DNA of 39,254 bases, taken from the UHGV virus genome UHGV-0143367; one strand, 5' to 3'. A program made the position numbers and the translations under genes. Numbering within the stretch: position 1 is the first letter of the stretch; every line of letters begins with the position of its first letter. Shown in pieces: positions 36,221 through 39,254 of this stretch. This DNA is from a virus. A model generated the notes under the pieces. It did no database searches, was not told the DNA's origin, and worked only from the letters and a program-made list of their open reading frames with translations.

Positions 36221-36597
36221 TCTACAAATATGAAAACTTGTGTGAGAAAGGATTCGTTCGAATTCCCGTAAGCAGGGCTACGCATAACAAAATGCTGCCA
36301 AACTGCAAGCAACGATTTGGAGCAAAAATTGAGTATTACTTCGAGCCAGAATCTCAGATATTCGAGGCACAGTATTTCACTTCGGCATGGATGAAGGTTT
36401 TGCTCATCGTTGTCATGTTTCTTCCTGCAATCGTCATGCAGGGTGTTCCCAGAACTATTCGTGACACTGGCGATTTAATTCACCAACGGGAAAGAGGGAA
36501 ATTTTCGTCTGATAGATGGTTTTTGAAACGTGAAAAGACGACAGATGGCGCACTTGAAAGTTATATCGACCAGAAACTACGTGAGGTAGGGGCATGA
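36205..36597 (+). CDS. Hypothetical membrane protein (non-ATG start)
   Basis: GTG start at 36205 or 36217 overlapping the upstream stop; one transmembrane helix (WMKVLLIVVMFLPAIVMQGV). Confidence 0.4.
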   Translation: MGVNVIYKYENLCEKGFVRIPVSRATHNKMLPNCKQRFGAKIEYYFEPESQIFEAQYFTSAWMKVLLIVVMFLPAIVMQGVPRTIRDTGDLIHQRERGKFSSDRWFLKREKTTDGALESYIDQKLREVGA

Positions 36598-36977
36598 TTG
36601 ATATTAACGTAAAAAAGCTAACTGACTACGATCTGGATGAGCTTAAGCAAGATATTGCACGAGAAATTGAACGCCGCGCCAGTGGCCCGACCCGCGTCGT
36701 TTATGTGGTGACTGAGTTTGGAGAGCATCGGGCCTTTGCTGATTTTCGCTGCGCGGCGATCTGCTTTTCTGACATAGCTCAATCTGTTCTGGAAGATGCA
36801 GGGACCAAAGAAGGAACGGAAATGTTTTATATGAATAAAGGTACCCTGCTTTATGGTATCAGACCTGTAGAAATGACGCTGAATGACTTTGAGTTGAAAG
36901 TTGAGCAGAAGTATTTCGACGATGTGTGCTACGAAAAGCGGCTGCAGGAAATGTTTCCAGAAACGGAGCTTAAATAA
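36594..36977 (+). CDS. Hypothetical protein
   Basis: 127 aa; ATGA overlap with upstream stop indicates translational coupling. Confidence 0.45.
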   Translation: MIDINVKKLTDYDLDELKQDIAREIERRASGPTRVVYVVTEFGEHRAFADFRCAAICFSDIAQSVLEDAGTKEGTEMFYMNKGTLLYGIRPVEMTLNDFELKVEQKYFDDVCYEKRLQEMFPETELK

Positions 36978-37111
36978 TTATTTATCGCAGAGGATGAACG
37001 AGGAAATTTTCGCAAAACATCCGGTAGAAATATTGGTGACAGTTTTCGGCATATAATTCAGCCGGATGCCGTTAGAGGTTCGTCCCTACGGGCTGGATAG
37101 GTCGGTTGTAA

Positions 37112-37133
37112 AACCGGGACCACGGTCCCGGTT
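37112..37133. repeat. SopB-box variant AACCGGGACC-AC-GGTCCCGGTT
   Basis: 10-bp arms around an AC spacer; inner arms GGGACC/GGTCCC as in the other copies, outer position differs (C/G instead of T/A); convergent intergenic region. Confidence 0.55.
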
Positions 37134-37140
37134 ATGTGAA

Positions 37141-39042
37141 TTAATTTTCTGGGAAATACGCAAACCATGCTGATTTCATGGCACTGCTGATACTATCCGC
37201 CGCGCCACTCCAGGCGTATAGCTGCCCCTTGTATTTGAAACGGATCGTCCAGCTGCCGTCGTCACTACGAACGGGCGCGGAGAAGCGTGGACGAGTGTCT
37301 ATTGGTACTGGTTTTTCCTCTTCGGCCTCGGCGGTCACGCCATCTTCTCGGCCTTCCTCTTCAGCTTCCAGCGCCTGGGTATCGTCACTGGTTTCCTCTC
37401 TATCGGCACCGCTATCGCCAGCGAGGTCGTCTTCACCATCCAGTTCGTCAGAGGTTATGACAATAGAGGGCGCATCTGCATTGTTAATCGTACTGCTCAT
37501 AGCCAGCGCCTCAGCAACAAAATCAAGATACCGGCGAACTAGCGTCGGGTTAAATCCAGCATCTCGTAATATTTTTGTGTTGATGACGATATCAGCTGAT
37601 TCCTCCACCAGCCGCTTTGTTGTTTCATGAATACGGATACCGGCATCGCCCCTGGCGAAGCCAGGCATTTGGTCGTCAAGCGCTTGTAGAGCAGCGAGGC
37701 GCTTATTTTCAATCCCCGTTTCCGGGCGCCAGCTGCGTGAGAAATTATGCAGTTTGAACTGTTTGTAGTGCAGCTGCGTATTTTCGTCGTCATGCCCCAG
37801 GATTTCAGAGAAAAAGACGTCCTCATCAACGTTTTTCCAGCGCGGGTCGTAGCGGAAAAACGCCTCATAGGTGATACGCGCATAAATTGCGCGCGTGTCT
37901 TTGAATGTTCGGCGGTCGTCGCCGAAGAACAGCTTCGCGTGCTGGTTAAATGTGTTACCAAGAATTGATGCGATGCGCACATTTGCGGCCCGGTAGCTAT
38001 CATCGTTCAACAGAGATCTGATTTCGTCAAAATCAGCCGCTGCGGGGCAACTTCTCAGTTCATTTAAACGTTGAACGAACAGGGCCGGGTCGCACAGCAC
38101 ATAAATTTTACGCCCCTTATCCTCGCCGGTTCGTTTTTTGGCCTGCCCGTAGAAAATAACTTCATACTTGCCGGTAACCTCAAATTCTCCCTGAACCATC
38201 ACCTCAATCAATCGACGCCCGGATACGGCTGCTAGCGCGAACGCCAGCGGCGCCATATCCTTACGTTGCGTGATAAGTGATGGTTCAAACGCCTTGTAGA
38301 TCTGCTCGGTCACAGCCTGCATATATTTGGGGTAGTCCAAGAGTACAGTTGACCGTTTCTTCTCGCTGAGCACCTCGCCCCAGCGCTGCTGTATCGATGA
38401 GCGTTCTGCCGGACTCAACTGCAGGTGATACAGAATTTCATGGTTGATTTTCAGGCCGTTCAGATCATCCAACAAGCGGGTTCCCTGTTGGAACGCGGCA
38501 TGCATTTCGGTTTCGACCGACTTCCAGTCTTGGCTGGTCAACGCGTTAAGATAGATGCTCCAGGCAGGGTATTTTTTTGCCAGGCGCGTCAATTTTTTCT
38601 CCGCAGCCGGTCCGAACTTCATACCCGAAAGCACCTCCGCCAGCGGCATAATTTCCTTCAGTTGGCCCTGTAGATTGCCGTATGCCTGACGAATATCTGC
38701 CGCAGGCATAGATTGCCACGCCTGTAATTCAGCACTGTAGGCGGGGTATTTTGCCGCTAACTTTTCAATGCTGCTGGTGAAGTGATGGTGCAAACGGTCG
38801 TCGAACTGTTTACGAATACGGGTCATATACGCGTTATAAGTATTGGCTGTAATGCGTTTCTTCAAACCGTTACCACGGAACTTCCTTTTATCTAAAAATA
38901 GCGCGTTTTTAACACGTGTAGCCGCAGCCTTATATTTTCGTGTCTTATCTCCCTGTGGGATGTCGGACGCTTCGATAGCGTCAACGTCCGCCACCAAATC
39001 AGAGATGATTTTACCAATTCCGCCATCGCCTAGCTTCGCCAT
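37141..39042 (-). CDS. telN: Protelomerase (telomere resolvase) TelN
   Basis: 633 aa; long blocks match N15 TelN as recalled (QGDKT, NALF.DKRKFRG.GL.KRITAN, HLQLSPAER.SIQQRW, MAPLAFALAAVSGRR, WKNVDEDVFF.EILGHDDENTQLHYKQFKL.NFSR.WRPE, MPGFARGDAG); acidic C-terminal tail; GAGGGGGG Shine-Dalgarno. Confidence 0.95.
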   Translation of the reverse strand: MAKLGDGGIGKIISDLVADVDAIEASDIPQGDKTRKYKAAATRVKNALFLDKRKFRGNGLKKRITANTYNAYMTRIRKQFDDRLHHHFTSSIEKLAAKYPAYSAELQAWQSMPAADIRQAYGNLQGQLKEIMPLAEVLSGMKFGPAAEKKLTRLAKKYPAWSIYLNALTSQDWKSVETEMHAAFQQGTRLLDDLNGLKINHEILYHLQLSPAERSSIQQRWGEVLSEKKRSTVLLDYPKYMQAVTEQIYKAFEPSLITQRKDMAPLAFALAAVSGRRLIEVMVQGEFEVTGKYEVIFYGQAKKRTGEDKGRKIYVLCDPALFVQRLNELRSCPAAADFDEIRSLLNDDSYRAANVRIASILGNTFNQHAKLFFGDDRRTFKDTRAIYARITYEAFFRYDPRWKNVDEDVFFSEILGHDDENTQLHYKQFKLHNFSRSWRPETGIENKRLAALQALDDQMPGFARGDAGIRIHETTKRLVEESADIVINTKILRDAGFNPTLVRRYLDFVAEALAMSSTINNADAPSIVITSDELDGEDDLAGDSGADREETSDDTQALEAEEEGREDGVTAEAEEEKPVPIDTRPRFSAPVRSDDGSWTIRFKYKGQLYAWSGAADSISSAMKSAWFAYFPEN

Positions 39043-39054
39043 GTGCCCCCCTCA

Positions 39055-39176
39055 TTATCGTAACAATATGCGCAAACATTACACCTAAAAGGCTAAAAAT
39101 CAACCTATAAATCATCGTAACATAATTCTAATTATGTGTAAATAATTATCGTAACTGTTAATTAATTTATCGTAAC
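39055..39176 (+). repeat. Four direct copies of ATCGTAAC (mostly TTATCGTAAC) between the telN start and the telomere palindrome; inverted copy GTTACG at 39193-39198
   Basis: Exact 8-mer at 39057, 39114, 39148, 39169 in an AT-rich stretch; candidate TelN occupancy/regulatory repeats. Confidence 0.55.
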
Positions 39177-39200
39177 ATCATTTGCATATACTGTTACGTT

Positions 39201-39254
39201 AAACGACACACATTATTAAATATACGCGCGTATATTTAATAATGTGTGTCGTTT
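39201..39254. repeat. Telomere resolution site (telRL-like): perfect 54-bp palindrome centred on TATACGCGCGTATA
   Basis: AAACGACACACATTATTAAATATACGC|GCGTATATTTAATAATGTGTGTCGTTT is its own reverse complement; central (CG)3 in TATA context resembles the N15 telO core; located ~160 bp upstream of the telN start. Confidence 0.85.

Noticed and set aside
1-39254. CRISPR arrays, tRNA/rRNA genes, integrase and att sites
   Set aside because: No regularly spaced direct repeats with unique spacers, no obvious tRNA cloverleaf candidates and no tyrosine/serine recombinase-like ORF were seen on manual inspection; tRNAs cannot be fully excluded without tRNAscan-SE or Infernal.

Overview
This window reads as most of an N15/phiKO2-type linear plasmid-prophage of an enterobacterium, with almost all genes on the minus strand. 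From left to right: a lambda-like tail module (J partial, I, K, L, a lipoprotein moron, M, H tape measure, G/G-T with a -1 frameshift site, V), neck proteins, HK97-type capsid, S49 prohead protease, portal, large and small terminase, a GC-rich ~0.8 kb putative cos region, a tandem CCHC zinc-knuckle protein, HNH endonuclease, a lysis cassette, an early/accessory block (two orphan DNA methyltransferases, DinI-like, DnaQ-exonuclease fused to a Lar-like zinc ribbon, RdgC-like), a divergent cro/cB immunity switch, the large RepA primase-helicase (+ strand), a three-gene operon downstream of repA, and protelomerase TelN next to a perfect 54-bp telomere-resolution palindrome that ends exactly at the window edge. 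The most striking non-genic signal is at least nine copies of an F-plasmid SopB-box-like palindrome (TGGGACC-NN-GGTCCCA) dispersed across the window, several inside coding sequences; no sopAB genes lie in the window. All calls come from reading the sequence and ORF translations and from recalled family motifs; no database search was run. I did not find a clearly novel multi-gene system; the candidates worth follow-up are listed as findings.
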